This document shows positions 1-12,279 of a stretch of 64,000 bases of DNA, in pieces. The notes beneath the pieces were generated by a model. That model was given only the letters and a program-made list of their open reading frames with translations, was not told where the DNA came from and made no database searches. Position numbers and translations under genes: made by a program. This stretch comes from Blastocladiella emersonii ATCC 22665 (Eukaryota; Fungi; Blastocladiomycota): assembly GCA_025594325.1 (NCBI GenBank), contig JANHCV010000002.1:2356001-2420000 (forward strand), read 5' to 3'. How positions within the stretch are numbered: the stretch's first letter is position 1; each line of letters starts with the position of its first letter.

Positions 1-2
1 GC

Positions 3-686
3 CTGTGGGCGCCGCTGCCGTCGGCCATGTGGCTGCCCGCCGACCCGCTGCACGCGGGGCGGTTCGATCTCGCGCGGTGCCTCCACGTCGACGCGTACTG
101 CCTCTCGGCGTCCGCCGAGGATCCCGCCGCCGAGCGGGATGTCCGGCGCGACTTTTCGGCGACGCCGCCGATTTCCGAGATGGGCGGCGGGAGCGGGGTC
201 GGGGTGGAGCGGCCGAAGCGGTTCCTCCGCGATATCGCGGGGAGTCTTGGGCGGCCGACGTCCCCGCTCGCGTCGTCGACGGTCTCGGTCACGCCCGCCG
301 CCGCCGCCGGGGTCAAGTCGCCCACCGCGCTCCACTTCCACCACGAGGTCTTCATCCCGGACCCCTCCGCCGCCGCGCCCGCCGGAAAACCGCCCAGCCA
401 GCCGGCCTCGACCGCGGCCCGCACCCCCGCGCCCGCCGCCGCGAGCCTAAGGTCGCGCGACTCGGGCGGCAGCGGCGCCCTGCGCATGTTCGCGGCGCTC
501 GGGCTCGGGCTGTCGCGGCCCGGGTCGGCGTCGGGTGATGTGCCGCTGGGCGAGTTCCGGCGCGGGAGCGAGATGACGGGCAGCGGCGCCGCGACGCCGG
601 CTTCGGAGGAGGCGCCGTCGACGGCGTCCGCGTCCGTGTCGGGGTCGGATATGGCGTTGCCGATTCTCAAGCCGGTTGCGAGGTGA
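3..686 (+). CDS. 3' end of a hypothetical protein (gene starts before the window)
   Basis: Open frame from base 3 (LWAPLPSAMWLPADPLHAGRFDLARCLHVDAYCL...) with GC-rich third positions, ending MALPILKPVAR-TGA and followed by AT-richer 3' sequence. No recognisable domain. Confidence 0.6.
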   Translation: MWAPLPSAMWLPADPLHAGRFDLARCLHVDAYCLSASAEDPAAERDVRRDFSATPPISEMGGGSGVGVERPKRFLRDIAGSLGRPTSPLASSTVSVTPAAAAGVKSPTALHFHHEVFIPDPSAAAPAGKPPSQPASTAARTPAPAAASLRSRDSGGSGALRMFAALGLGLSRPGSASGDVPLGEFRRGSEMTGSGAATPASEEAPSTASASVSGSDMALPILKPVAR

Positions 687-955
687 GGTGATAGATGTGT
701 TTTGAATAGATACCCATGGAGGGATGATGAGACGCATGTTTGTGTATCGAATGAATTCATTGGGGTTGGGTCGGGTACATGACGAGGGAGGGAGGGAGGG
801 GAGAGGGTGCCGCGCCAGCGCGCGCAGAGGACGGAGAGGAGGTGCCGTACGAGGCGTGAGATGGAGATGGTGGAGGAGAAGGGAGACGCGCCCATAGTCG
901 AGGCGCCCGAGGAGGAGGATGACGAGGGGAAGGGAGAAACAAACTTGGACCGGAC

Positions 956-3155
956 CTACGCTTGTGGGATCGACGCCGTAGACGACGCTGCCGACCCACT
1001 CCCGTTGGTGTTGGCCTTCTTCTTGCGCTTCTTGGGCCCGGGCGAGCTCGTCGCCGAGTCGATGCGCCCGGGCTCCTCGACGAGGTGCCCGTTCTCGAGG
1101 ATCGTCGCGGTCTCGTCGACGTGGTAGTGTTGTGGCACCGCAGCGACGCCGCAGTCGGGGCACGCGCACGCGCCAGCCGCCGGCGGAACCCCGGCGGCCG
1201 CGAGAGCGTCGAGCGACGCAGCGCGCGAGGGGAGCGGCGAGAACGTCGCCGTGTCGACGCTGCTGGCGGCCGCGTCCTCGTTGCGGCGCTTGCGGCCCAT
1301 GGGCGGCGCGTCGATGTGCGGCGGGTGCAGCGGCGGGTGGTGCATCGACGGGTGCTCGTCGAAGGAGCCGGGGAGGATGTGATGAGGGTGGTGGAGGTAC
1401 TGCGGGCCGAGGTGCGGCGACGGCGCGGGCGACGCGAGCGTCATGTTGGCCATGCCGCGCGACAGCGTCGGTGAGCCGGGCGCGGGCGACGCGTGGTACG
1501 GGTGGCGCAGGTGCGAGTGCTGCTGCTGCTGCTGCGCGTACCCGGACGATGCGCCGGCCGTGGCGTGGTGCGGGACGAGCGAGTTGACGAACGGCACCTT
1601 GCCGAGGGTCCCGAGCCACTGCTCGGCCGTGTTGATGGACTGACCAAAGACGCCCTGGATCGACTGCAGGATATCGCCGGCCTCGGCGGCAAAGGTCAAG
1701 ACGCGCTCGGCGTCCGTCGACTCGGATGCGGGCGCGCCCGCGGCCTGCAGGTTGGCCCACCGGTTGGGCAGCGACAGGATGAAGACGCGGACGCGGGTGC
1801 GCGCCTCGCCCGTCAAAAAGTTGCCGGCGTACCGGCCGACCACGTCGACGACGCGGCGCAGGGTCTCGGCGATCTCGCGCTTGATCTCGGCGAGCGGCGG
1901 GAACGGGTTGCCCGGTAGCGCCACGGCGGTGGACGCCGACGACGTGATGCTGCGCGACGCGTCGTAGAGGACCGAGGCCAGGAAGTTGCGCAGGTGGATC
2001 ATCTGCTGCTCGAGCTGCTGCGTCGCGTACTAAATGGTTTCGCATGTTAGCTCTCGCTCGCGACGGATCAAGCGAGGGAGAACGGACCTGGAGCCACTCG
2101 AGGCAGTACCGCATACTCTTCATACTCTCCTCGGACACGACGGCCGCGCCGGCACCCGCGGCCGCGACCGCGCCCGTGGTGAGCTGCTGCCAGCGCGACG
2201 TGGACCGAGGCTCGAGCTGCGGCCCACCGATACGGGCGGGCGAGATACCCGCGACCGAGGATCGGCGCGACGACGCCGCGGATCCGGGCAGCGGCGACGG
2301 GCCGGGCCCGGACGACGGCTCCGAGGTGCGGTGGCGCTTCTTGGGCGAGCCCATGGGCGGCGGGGCGAGGGCCGAGGACCGCGCGGCCTGGGCGCGGTTG
2401 AGCGACGGGACGCGAGATGAGCGCGGGTGCAGGTGCTGCGGCGCGGCGGCGGGTCCGCTGCCGACGGCGGGCGGCGGGAGGAGCGGCGGCAGCGACGGTG
2501 GTGGGAAGGCGGGAGAGGACAAGGGGTCGTGCGGCGGGCGCTGGTCGAGCTCGGGCAGGCGCGGCAGCGCGACGGGCTGCATCGGCGGGAGATCGTCCAT
2601 GGTGGCGTCGGCGGGGTAGTCGGTATCGTCGCCGTCCTCGAGGTCCGCGGAGGACGCCGAGGGGCCCGTGAGGCGGTCGAGCTGGCGGCAGGCAAACTCG
2701 TCGACCTCGCGGACAACGGGGTTGTGCTGCAGGTAGCGCGAGAGCGGGCGCAGGTTGCTCTCGAGGACCTCGGCCGAGTACTGGACGACCTTGGACGACT
2801 GCTTGGTGGAGGCGTAGAGCGAGGAGATGGAGCGGATGCCCGTCTCGATGACGGGGATGGACGAGACGCGCGTGAGAAAGTGCGTGGGCGGCGCGTTCGG
2901 GTCGTCGGGGTTTGCGTCGTGCTCGCCGTCGACGGCCATGTCACCGTTGCCGTAGCCGCTGCCGTGAGCGACGCCGTCTGGTGCTTCTCCTGGCGGCGCG
3001 GGAGCGGGAGCGGGAGCACGCGAGTCGAGACCGTGGCCGTTGGGAGCCGAGTCGGGCGTCTCGCCAGCCGGGTGCGCGCTGGTGCCGTCGGGGTGCGCAG
3101 CGGTCCCGTTGCGCAGGCCGTCGAGGGCGGCGGCGGCAGCGAGGAGGTCGTCCAT
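956..3155 (-). CDS. OPI1: Opi1-family transcriptional repressor (~713 aa)
   Basis: Exons 3155-2088 and 2029-956; 58-nt intron GTCCGT...GCTAAC...TAG. Opi1-like blocks: FLTRVSSIPVIETGIRSISSLYASTKQSSKVVQYSAEVLES, VDEFACRQLDRL, SEESMKSMRYCLEWLQ|YATQQL, VVDVVGRYAGNFLTGEARTRVRVFILSLPNRW. Confidence 0.85.
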
Positions 3156-4042
3156 GATATTTTTTCGAGCGAGATGGGCGGCAGCTGCGTGGGAAGAGAG
3201 AGAGCGGGGACCGAGCGGAGGGAGAGGGAGGAAGCGGGGGGGCGGCCGGCGGCGGCGGGGTTTGGATCCAAGCGGTCCGTGGCCGGGCCGGTTGGTCGGC
3301 GGGCGCGGCGTTGGCCGAGGAGTGCGGACGTGGGCGGCGCACGGCGGATGAGCGCTCCGCGTGGGGCCAGTCGGCGGCAGCGACGGAACGGGCAGGCAGG
3401 AGGGACGCCGCCGTGCTCGTCAACGACAACGAGGGGGAGGAGCCGGGTTTGGACGGCGTGGAGGCGCCGCGGAGAGGAAGACGTGGCACACACACACGGG
3501 AAACGAGAGCAGGCCCAGTCTAGGGGTAGTGCGGGCCGGCCGTCGTCGTAGACGCCGTGGTGGATCGCCAAACGGGTTGGTGGTCGCCGCGATGCAGGAA
3601 CGGCGCGGAGAAGCTTCGTGGCGGCGCGAGGCGGGCCTGCTTGCGTGTCTCAGCGGATACTCGCCGAGATGAGGATGAGAATGAGAGAGAGGGAGCGGGT
3701 TACGGGCCGGCAGGAGGACGCCCCTGCGATGCCATGGCGGCGAGTCGCTCGCTGTCCCCACGTTTTGGACGGCCGCGTGAAAAAGTCAGCCGGATTCGGC
3801 GACCCGTCAGCCGCGCCGCGCGTCTCAGCCGCTGCCCTCCGCGAGCTTTCACGCCGCCGCGCGCGCGTGTTGCGCCATGCTCACCCGCCGCTCACATGAT
3901 TGACCGACGCGTCTCGCGCCGCGTGGCCCGCGCGGGTGGGAGACACGTCGGCTGCTGCGTCTCCCTCGCCGCTGCGCTCGCTGCCCGAGCCTCTCTGCAA
4001 CCATGTCCGTCCCTCCTCTCTGCAACCCGCAATCCCGCAACC

Positions 4043-6151
4043 ATGTACTCGATTGCCGATGCAGCTAGCCCGTCGCGCCGCATCCTCGCCGTCGTCGAGC
4101 GCTACCGGTGCTCGGCACCCAACAGCCCAACCACCACCCTCGAGCGGCCGGCCCGCGACGACGACGCGGCCGAAGCGGCCCATCACGCCCGTGCCGCAGA
4201 GTCGGCCGCCAACTCGTCCAACGGCAGCTCGACGCGCAACAGCAACGCGTCCGTGCCCTGCGTTCTCATCTCCCCGTCGCCGCCGCTGCCACCTGTACCT
4301 GCAACACCGTGTGAGAATGGACTGCTCCCCCGCGATCAGCTGTCCGCGCTCGGACTCGGCGGTCTTGGTCCATCATCGTCAGTCGCGACCAGACCACCTT
4401 CACCCTCCCCAAGCTGCTGCCGCGATGACCCCGTCGACGAGCGCGCCTCGGCCAAGGTCATCCACATCGCCTACGAGCTGTACGCGACCGAGGTCACCTA
4501 CTGCCACGGCCTGCGCACCATGATCGACCGCTACATGACCCCGCTCCTCGCCATGGCCGACGCCGCCGTCGTCCCGGTCCCGAAACGCACCATCCTCGCC
4601 CTGTTTGCCAACCTGCCCGAGATTGCCCGCATCAGCACCGAGTTCCTCGCCTCCCTCGAGGCGCGACTCTTCTCGGGGGCGCCTCGCTCAGCCCAGCGCG
4701 GGTCAGTACCGCGACCGAAAGAAGACATGAAGTGGACGTGCCCCGACGGCGTGAGCGACGTGCTCCTCGCCTTCCTGCCCTACTTCAAGGTCTACTCGGC
4801 GTACGCGGGCAACTTTGACGCCGCGCTCACCTCGCTCAGCCAGCTGCTCACCGCGCACCCGCCGCTCGCCGACTTTCTCAAGTCGGTCGACCCGAACCCG
4901 GCCCTCTCGCTGCAGTCGCTCATGATCCTCCCCGTCCAGCGCCTGCCGCGCTACCGCCTGCTCCTGCTCGACCTCGTCGCCACCACCAGCAAACTCCTCG
5001 CCCCGTCACGCCCGCCCTCGCCCTACACAGTCGCCGTCGACGGCCAGCAGCAGCGGCGGCTCGCGAGCGCGACGCGGTCGTACTGTCCGCCCGCCGAGGT
5101 CATGGGCCTGACGCGCGCGCTGTCGCTCGTCGACGACGTGGCCGCCTTTGTCAACGAGGGCGTGCGCCGCGCCGAGCGCGCCGCCGAGCTCATTGACGTG
5201 CAGCGCCGGCTCGTCGGGTTCCACGCCCCGCTCATGGCGCCCACGCGCCGCCTGCTGCACACGGGCCCGCTCGTCAAGGTGTCGCGCCGCGCCAGGGACG
5301 ACCGGTTCGTGCTCCTGTTCACGGACCTGCTCATGCTCACGTCGCCGATCGCGCCGACTCAGCGGTTGTTACTTCATCACCGCACGTTCCCGCTCAACGA
5401 GGTCTCGGTCGCGCCAAGGGACGCGTTTTCGAATGCGATTGAGGTCACGACGAGTGATAAGAGTTTCATTCTCGTCGCGTGTACGGTTGCTCCTGTGTGG
5501 TTTTCATGGCCGTGAACTGACGCGAGGATTGTAGCTTCACCGCGAGAACGCCAGGTCTGGCTCGACCACTTTGACGCCGCCCTCGCCGTGCTCCACTCGG
5601 CCACCGCCCTCAAATCCTCGAATTCGGCCTCGATACGCGCGCTCGGCGGGACCGAGACCTCGCCCGTGTCCTCGTCGTGGTGGCCATGGTCCGCCTCCTC
5701 CCCCACCACAGCAGGAGACCTCGCGCGGCAACATGTTCCGCGATCCACGCCTATCGTCACCGACTACCGCGCGCCCGTCTGGATCCCCGACGCGGCGACC
5801 ACGGCGTGCAACGTGTGTCGCGTCGAGTTCACGCTCACGAACCGCCGAGTATGCTGCTCCACGGACTCTCACACGTTTCCAACCGACTGACGCTCAACCG
5901 TGTAGCACCACTGCCGCCTGTGCGGCCACGTCGTGTGCGGGTCGTGCAGCGGCGGCGCGTACGTGTTCCGCGCGCTGACGGCGACCGCGTCGCGCGACCT
6001 GCGGTGCTGCCAGCCGTGCTTCCGCCGCCAGCTCACGGTGCAGCACCTCGCGTCGGTCGAGTCGGAGCGGTTTGACGAAATCATGCCGCGCCGGCTGCAC
6101 GAGTGCGCGCCGGCCGTGTTTGGGGCCGGAGAAGAGGCGTGGTTCCACTAA
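4043..6151 (+). CDS. FGD/frabin-like RhoGEF (DH-PH-FYVE)
   Basis: Exons 4043-5480, 5535-5848, 5906-6151. DH motifs ELYATEVTYCHGL and LQSLMILPVQRLPRYRLLL; PH ending SPRERQVWLDH; FYVE WIPD..CNVC..F..TNRR|HHCRLCGHVVCGSCS...RCCQPC. Confidence 0.9.
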
Positions 6152-6308
6152 AGAAGGCGGCGGCGCGTGGTGCTTGAGCGACGCGTCGCCGTCGCCGCCC
6201 TGCCTGCCCCGCGCCACAACGGCGCTCCGCTCTCCCCACTTGTCAGTCCCCGCAATGAATACATGTAACACGCGCCCACACCTACTAGCTGCAATATCAT
6301 CAGAAACC

Positions 6309-6864
6309 ATGGGCAACCAACTTCGTCAACGGACCAGCGAGTCGGACGCGGACGCCGAGACGCGCGCGCGGCTCCTGGCGCAGCAGCCACACGTCCCGGG
6401 CACCACCAAGCGCAAGCGGTCGCTCGGCGAGAAGCTCGCGACGCGCATCACGTCCGTCGTCTGGCTGTTCGCCGCGATCCTCGCTGGGATCTACAGCGAG
6501 ATCGTGTACGTGCACTCGCACGAGCACCTCAACCGGTACGTTGCGGACGGCGACCGCAACGTGTAACCGCTTTTGACACTGCGCCGAGTGTAGAACCGCC
6601 GCGTACATGGCACTCACCGCCATGTCCCTTTCCGTCGGCGTGTTCCTGTACCTGGCCGTGTACCTACCGTACGTGGTCGGGCAGAAGGTCGACTTCTCGC
6701 ACTGGCAGCGCGCCGCGCCGCGCGCCATCCCGTTCGCGTCCGCGTGCGGCGTCGCGGCGTTTGTCGCCACGTGCGTCGCCGTCTGGCCCATCTACCACGT
6801 CCTCGCGGTCCCGCTCATCGCGCTCCTGTTTATCGGGTTCGTCGTGTTGATCTCGTTTATCTGA
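6309..6864 (+). CDS. TMEM128: TMEM128-like small multi-pass membrane protein
   Basis: Exons 6309-6535 and 6594-6864 (58-nt intron). Hydrophobic helices with VFLYLAVYLPY, AIPFASACGVAAFVATCVAVWPIY and PLIALLFIGFVVLISFI match the TMEM128 pattern. Confidence 0.7.
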
Positions 6865-7862
6865 TAATGACACGGGTTGGGTTCAACTGCATGGGTGGTT
6901 CTCGTGGGAGAGAGCTCGTGCTCAGCGCGACTGCTTCTCGAGTCGCTCGTGCTCGCGAGTGACATGAACGAGCCATGGACGACGCGGCGATAGTAGTCCG
7001 TACACTTCCCTCGTAATCGCACCGTAGGCCTAGCGCATGGTGAGATCGACCGTGCACCTGTGGACTGAGACCAGCAGACTACGCGCGGACTGCCGACTCC
7101 AAGACTAGTGAGCGCGAGCGTGGCGGATGGTGTTGGTTCGTCCCGGCGAAGCGTCTGCTCGCAATATGCGCATCCGGAGCGAAACGTTCGGCGAGCCGCG
7201 CATCAATTTCTTGACCATGAAGGGCCGCATCGATGTCGGAGACAAGCGCAAGGTGGTCATGGACGCGAACAGCGAGGCCAAGTTCGACGAACTGGTCAAG
7301 AACCTGGGCGTGACCAACGACGAGAACCTCCTCATCACCACCCAACGCTGAACCTTGCGGCAACCACGCTGCTCGGGCTCCAGCACGTCCTCCCGCCTCG
7401 CTCGACAAGTCGATGGGCACGCACGTGATGCTTCGGTGATTGAGGATCCTGTTTCGCAGGGAGCGAGATCCGACAGGTTCGCTCTGCGCGCTGAAGGACA
7501 CGAAACGACAGCCCAGGCTGCTGAGATCGGCAAGTGGACCCATGCTGCGCCACGCGACACGTGATCGCGATGCGCCACACGGAACGCCGCGTCGTGATAC
7601 ACTCGCTCTCGGACGCGTAAGGCTTTATGCGCACTTTTGAAAGCCGCAAGGCCGTGCACTTCGCGAAGGTCGGCGCGTGTATCACGCGTGCTATCATGAT
7701 CGAGGCCGACGACACGAGCGCGCCGCCGCTCAGTCGCGCGTGGGCCGCCGCGCGTCTCACCATCCTCAGCGGTGGCAAGCGATTCGACACGACACACAAC
7801 CGCATCGTCTCTGCAAGACCATCCGCGCCGCTTCCCCCGCTCCATGGCGTGCAGGCGCGCGG

Positions 7863-8381
7863 GTCGTCGATGCATGGTGCGCCATTCCGGCGAGGCGGCG
7901 GCGGCGAGGGACAGCGTAGTGCATGGTTCATGGTTCATGGTTTGATGCATGGTCGGCCGGTCGGTCGGCGGCGGGGCAGCACGCTCACATCGTCGTCGTC
8001 GTCGTCGCGGGCTCCGGCGAGCGGGCGGGTGACGAACACACCTTCTTGCCCTTGGAGAGACGCTTGTTCTTGCCCACGGCCATGTTGGAGAGACGACTTT
8101 GGGTTTGTCGTGCGAGAGGGAGAGCGGGTTATGTGGAGGCGACCCCTTGTGATGGAGCGGAGCAGTCGCTGGCGGCTGGTCGGGGTGGAGTGGCGCAAAG
8201 TGGCTGAGCCGCTGCCCGCCAACACTGTCACCTTGTCTCGCATCTCGCTTCTCGCCTCGACGCGCCGTCGCGTCAACGCGCGCTCACTCTCCCTTACGTG
8301 CTCATAAAATGAAAAAGTGTGATGCATCCGTCTCCTTGACGCGGACGCACGGTGCTTGCGAGCCGAGCCCTTTGAAGGAGC
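7863..8381 (-). repeat. Left arm of a 519-bp inverted repeat; orphan copy of RPS1 upstream region, exon 1 and start of intron 1
   Basis: Reverse complement of 10453-10971. Identical wherever compared, and the six-frame translations of both arms match. Contains [17 protein letters not shown]|GT at 8083-8042. Confidence 0.95.
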
Positions 8382-8599
8382 TGTTGAGGCGGGAATCCGC
8401 GGCAGCAGCAAAAGAAGTGCGAAAAGCGAGGATGGCCCGATGATAGCTTTTGTTGCAGGGGGAGCTAATTGATATGCCTGCGGTCTAGCGAGAGGAGGCG
8501 AACACGGCCGCGCCTGCGTTGCTCAGCGATGAGGTGGCGAGCGCGCCAATGGAAGGCGCGTGTGCGAAACTACTCGAGCATAGCGCGCACTGTGCCCTA

Positions 8600-10320
8600 G
8601 TCCTTTATGAACAGTTGTGTCGTACAGGTTGGCGAACTTGAACGCGGCCTGACTACACGCGGGCAAGCAGCGACTCCTGGCGCAGCTGGAGCTGCGCCTG
8701 CAGCGCGGCGCACGGCACCACGGGATTCTTGTGGTCCTAGTTGAGCGACGAAGCCGTAGCGGCGGCGTTGACGTCGGTGCCGACCATCGAGACTGGTCGC
8801 CGAGACGTGTTTCTAGGCGCGTTGCCGCGGGGTTCCCTTCGCCGGCGGCGTCGCCGCCGTCAGCACCAGCGGGCGCGACCTTGGACTTTTCGTGGCGGCA
8901 GTCGTCGTCGAAGTTGTCGATGTTGCTGAGCAGCTGGGGCATGCGGTACTCAATCTTGACCATGCCCTCGGGCTCAAGGACGCCGCCATGGGTGGTCGCG
9001 TCGGCTTACATCTTCATGCCGCCGCTCTGGTGGATCGACGGGTCAATGCAGGGGTCGAGGACCACTCAGGCGCCGCCGCGGAGCTCGCTGTGCGGGACAA
9101 TGTACACGAACACAGGCCGCAACTACGTGCGCAGCATGACGACAATGTAGATCCCGAACTTGAAAATGACGTCGAACGTGTCGCGCTGGCCGCCCGAGAA
9201 CCCGCGCCAGTTGGCGATGATGAGCAGCGGGAGCCCCTCGCGGCCGAGGTAGCAGATCGCCTGCGCCGTCTTGTACACGGACACGGGCGTCCACACGCCG
9301 GGTGGCTCGACGACCGTCTGCTCAGCCGAGGCGGGGTGGGTCGGCGGGAATCACGGCCTTGACGGCCCGCGTGTCAACGGCAATCACGCCGACGGGAACA
9401 TCGCCGAGGCGGCCTCGGCCGACGACAGCCGTTTTGCTCCACCCGTTCTTGGTCCACAGCCACGAGCCGCGGTCAAAGAACCCGCCGACCCACGCGCTCA
9501 ACTGGTCGCGGTGCCCGTATAACATGGGGCGCGGGTCGTACGGGGACTTAGTTGGCGCGAACCCAATGTCGCGGTCGGCCTCGTCAAACTGGTACGAGGC
9601 CGCGTCGGCGGCGGGACCATCAGCGATTGAGGAATCCGGAGTGAGATACCGTTGCGGTGCATGACCTGGACGCCGCCGAGCTGCAGGTTGGACGTGTACT
9701 CGTCGCGGCCGAGCACCTTGTTGAGTTCCGCGGCGCCCGTGAGGATGATGGGCTGGCCGTAGCACTGGATCGCACGCTGGCCGAGGCGCACCAGGCACGC
9801 GCCGATGCCGATGGAGCGGCACGCGACGAGTGTCGCGGTGAAGATCTCGTCGTAGGCCACCGACGTCTCGCCGGCGATCAGGCCCGAGCCCATGAAATAC
9901 TCGACGCCACGCCAGTCGTTGATCCCAATCACGTCGGCGATCCGCCCGGCACGTTGTTGACAACGCGCTCTACCGAGACGTAGACGCGCAGTCGCTCGCG
10001 ATATCGGGCGGCATGTACAGGTACTTGAACTTGAGGTCGGGTTCGCACAGTTGTACTGACGCGATGCGGTACGCGACGAGCACCTCGTTGGTGAGGCCCA
10101 TAAAGGTGCCCGAATCTGCCGAGATGTAGAAGCGCATGAGTTTGCACGCGAGGCTGGACGCGGCAGCGGACACGTCGTCCTCCAGCGGTCCGAACGAGCC
10201 AATGGGAAAGTTGACGTCGTTGGCGACCAGGACCATGAATCGTACGCGCGGGTAGTCAAGCATTTTCATCTCAACGTGCCACGCGACCATGTCGCACGTG
10301 TTGAAGCCGATGGGCGGGTG
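8600..10320 (-). pseudogene. ACC1: Degenerate acetyl-CoA carboxylase (carboxyltransferase domain) fragment
   Basis: ACC motifs across several frames with stops and frameshifts: [31 protein letters not shown]; [42 protein letters not shown]; [15 protein letters not shown]; GRGRLGDVPVGVIAVDTR; ANWRGFSGGQRD; GGVLEPEGMVKIEYR; FANLYDT. Confidence 0.9.
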
Positions 10321-10452
10321 ACCCTGCGCAGGGCGCCGTCCTCGCCGAGGACGAGCTAGAGCGCGTTGAGCGATGAGGATAACATTGGCCTCGGCCGTGA
10401 GACACTCGTCGGCGCGAGCAGCGACCCCAACGATGACGAGAGGGCCGCGCCC

Positions 10453-10971
10453 GCTCCTTCAAAGGGCTCGGCTCGCAAGCACCGTGCGTCCGCGTCAAGG
10501 AGACGGATGCATCACACTTTTTCATTTTATGAGCACGTAAGGGAGAGTGAGCGCGCGTTGACGCGACGGCGCGTCGAGGCGAGAAGCGAGATGCGAGACA
10601 AGGTGACAGTGTTGGCGGGCAGCGGCTCAGCCACTTTGCGCCACTCCACCCCGACCAGCCGCCAGCGACTGCTCCGCTCCATCACAAGGGGTCGCCTCCA
10701 CATAACCCGCTCTCCCTCTCGCACGACAAACCCAAAGTCGTCTCTCCAACATGGCCGTGGGCAAGAACAAGCGTCTCTCCAAGGGCAAGAAGGTGTGTTC
10801 GTCACCCGCCCGCTCGCCGGAGCCCGCGACGACGACGACGACGATGTGAGCGTGCTGCCCCGCCGCCGACCGACCGGCCGACCATGCATCAAACCATGAA
10901 CCATGAACCATGCACTACGCTGTCCCTCGCCGCCGCCGCCTCGCCGGAATGGCGCACCATGCATCGACGAC
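10453..10971 (+). repeat. Right arm of the 519-bp inverted repeat (the functional RPS1 5' region)
   Basis: Reverse complement of 7863-8381. Confidence 0.95.
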
Positions 10972-12279
10972 ACGCGCTAGAGCGCTGGGCGGATGGTCCT
11001 GCGTGACCACCTGTCGAAGCGCCGTTCCACTTCGCTCGCTCGCCTCGCAAACCTACGCTTTTCGCTAGTTCTACTGGGACGGCCGAGTGCGGGATCTCGC
11101 ACCGCCGTCCCGTCGCCGCGATATGCGCCAGTGCTGTGTTGTGCGGAATCTCTGCGTCACCGCGGGTAACGGCACTCTCCGCGACCGTTTTTGTGTGCAT
11201 GGTCCTTGTCGCTGGTGGCGGCCATTTCGTGCTGCTCTCCGTGGTTCTGGCATCGTCGTTCGCTCGCTTCGTCGTCCCGGGCTCCTGCACGATGTTGTTT
11301 TGCTCCCGCGAACCGTACTAACCTTGCCGTTTCGTCGCCTGCAGGGTCTCAAGAAGAAGATGTATGCACTTCGCGCGGCGCAGACACGATAGAGCTTTCG
11401 GGCTCGGTCACCGTCTGTCCCCCGCTGAATCATACACTCTCGACCGTGTAAGCTGACTGTTTCGCCCTTCCCCTCGTACAGCGTCGACCCCTTCTCGCGC
11501 AAGGAGTGGTACGACATCAAGGCCCCCACGATCTTCTCGGTCCGCAATGTTGGCAAGACCCTTGTCAACCGCACCCAGGGTCTGAGTACGTGTCGATGCC
11601 GCTCGCTTCCCCTGAGTGCTTCCGGTCGCTTACAATCTGCTCCCCTCGTCGCCCGCGCACAGAGAACGCTTCGGACGCCCTCAAGGGTCGTGTGTTCGAC
11701 ATCTCGCTCGCCGACCTCAACACCGACGCCGAGGACCAGGCCTTCCGCAAGATCCAGCTCCGCTGCGATGAGGTTGCCGGAAAGAACCTCCTGACCAACT
11801 TCCACGGCATGTCCATGACCTCGGACAAGCTCCGCTCCATGGTCAAGAAGTGGCAGTCGACCATCGAGGCCCACATGGACGTCAAGACCACCGACGGCTA
11901 CCTGATCCGCGTCTTCGTCATCGGCTTCACCACCCGCGCCCACAACCAGGTCGCCAAGACCTCGTACGCGCAGTCGGCCCAGATCCGCCAGATCCGCAAG
12001 AAGATGTTCGACGTGATCTCGCGCGAGGCCACCACCGTCGACCTCAAGGAGCTTGTCAAGAAGTTCGTCGCCGAGACCATTGGCCGCTCGATCACCAAGG
12101 CCTGCGTCAACATCTACCCCCTGCAGAACGTGTTCGTCCGCAAGGTCAAGATCCTCAAGGCCCCCAAGCTCGACCTCGGCAAGCTCCTCGAGCTCCACGC
12201 CGGCGAGACCACGACCACCGCGTCGGGCGCCAAGGTCGGCTCCGACTTCGTCGAGCCCGAGGTTCTCGAGTCGGTCTAA
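10751..12279 (+). CDS. RPS1: 40S ribosomal protein eS1 (S1/S3a), 259 aa
   Basis: Exons 10751-10792, 11345-11361, 11482-11585, 11663-12279 sum to 780 nt: [14 protein letters not shown]|GLKKKI|[15 protein letters not shown]...RTQGL|[20 protein letters not shown]... Confidence 0.97.

Noticed and set aside
447-3155. 902-aa ORF as a single-exon protein
   Set aside because: A canonical intron at 2030-2087 shifts into the 956-2029 frame, which continues the Opi1 homology; the rest of the 902-aa translation is out of frame.
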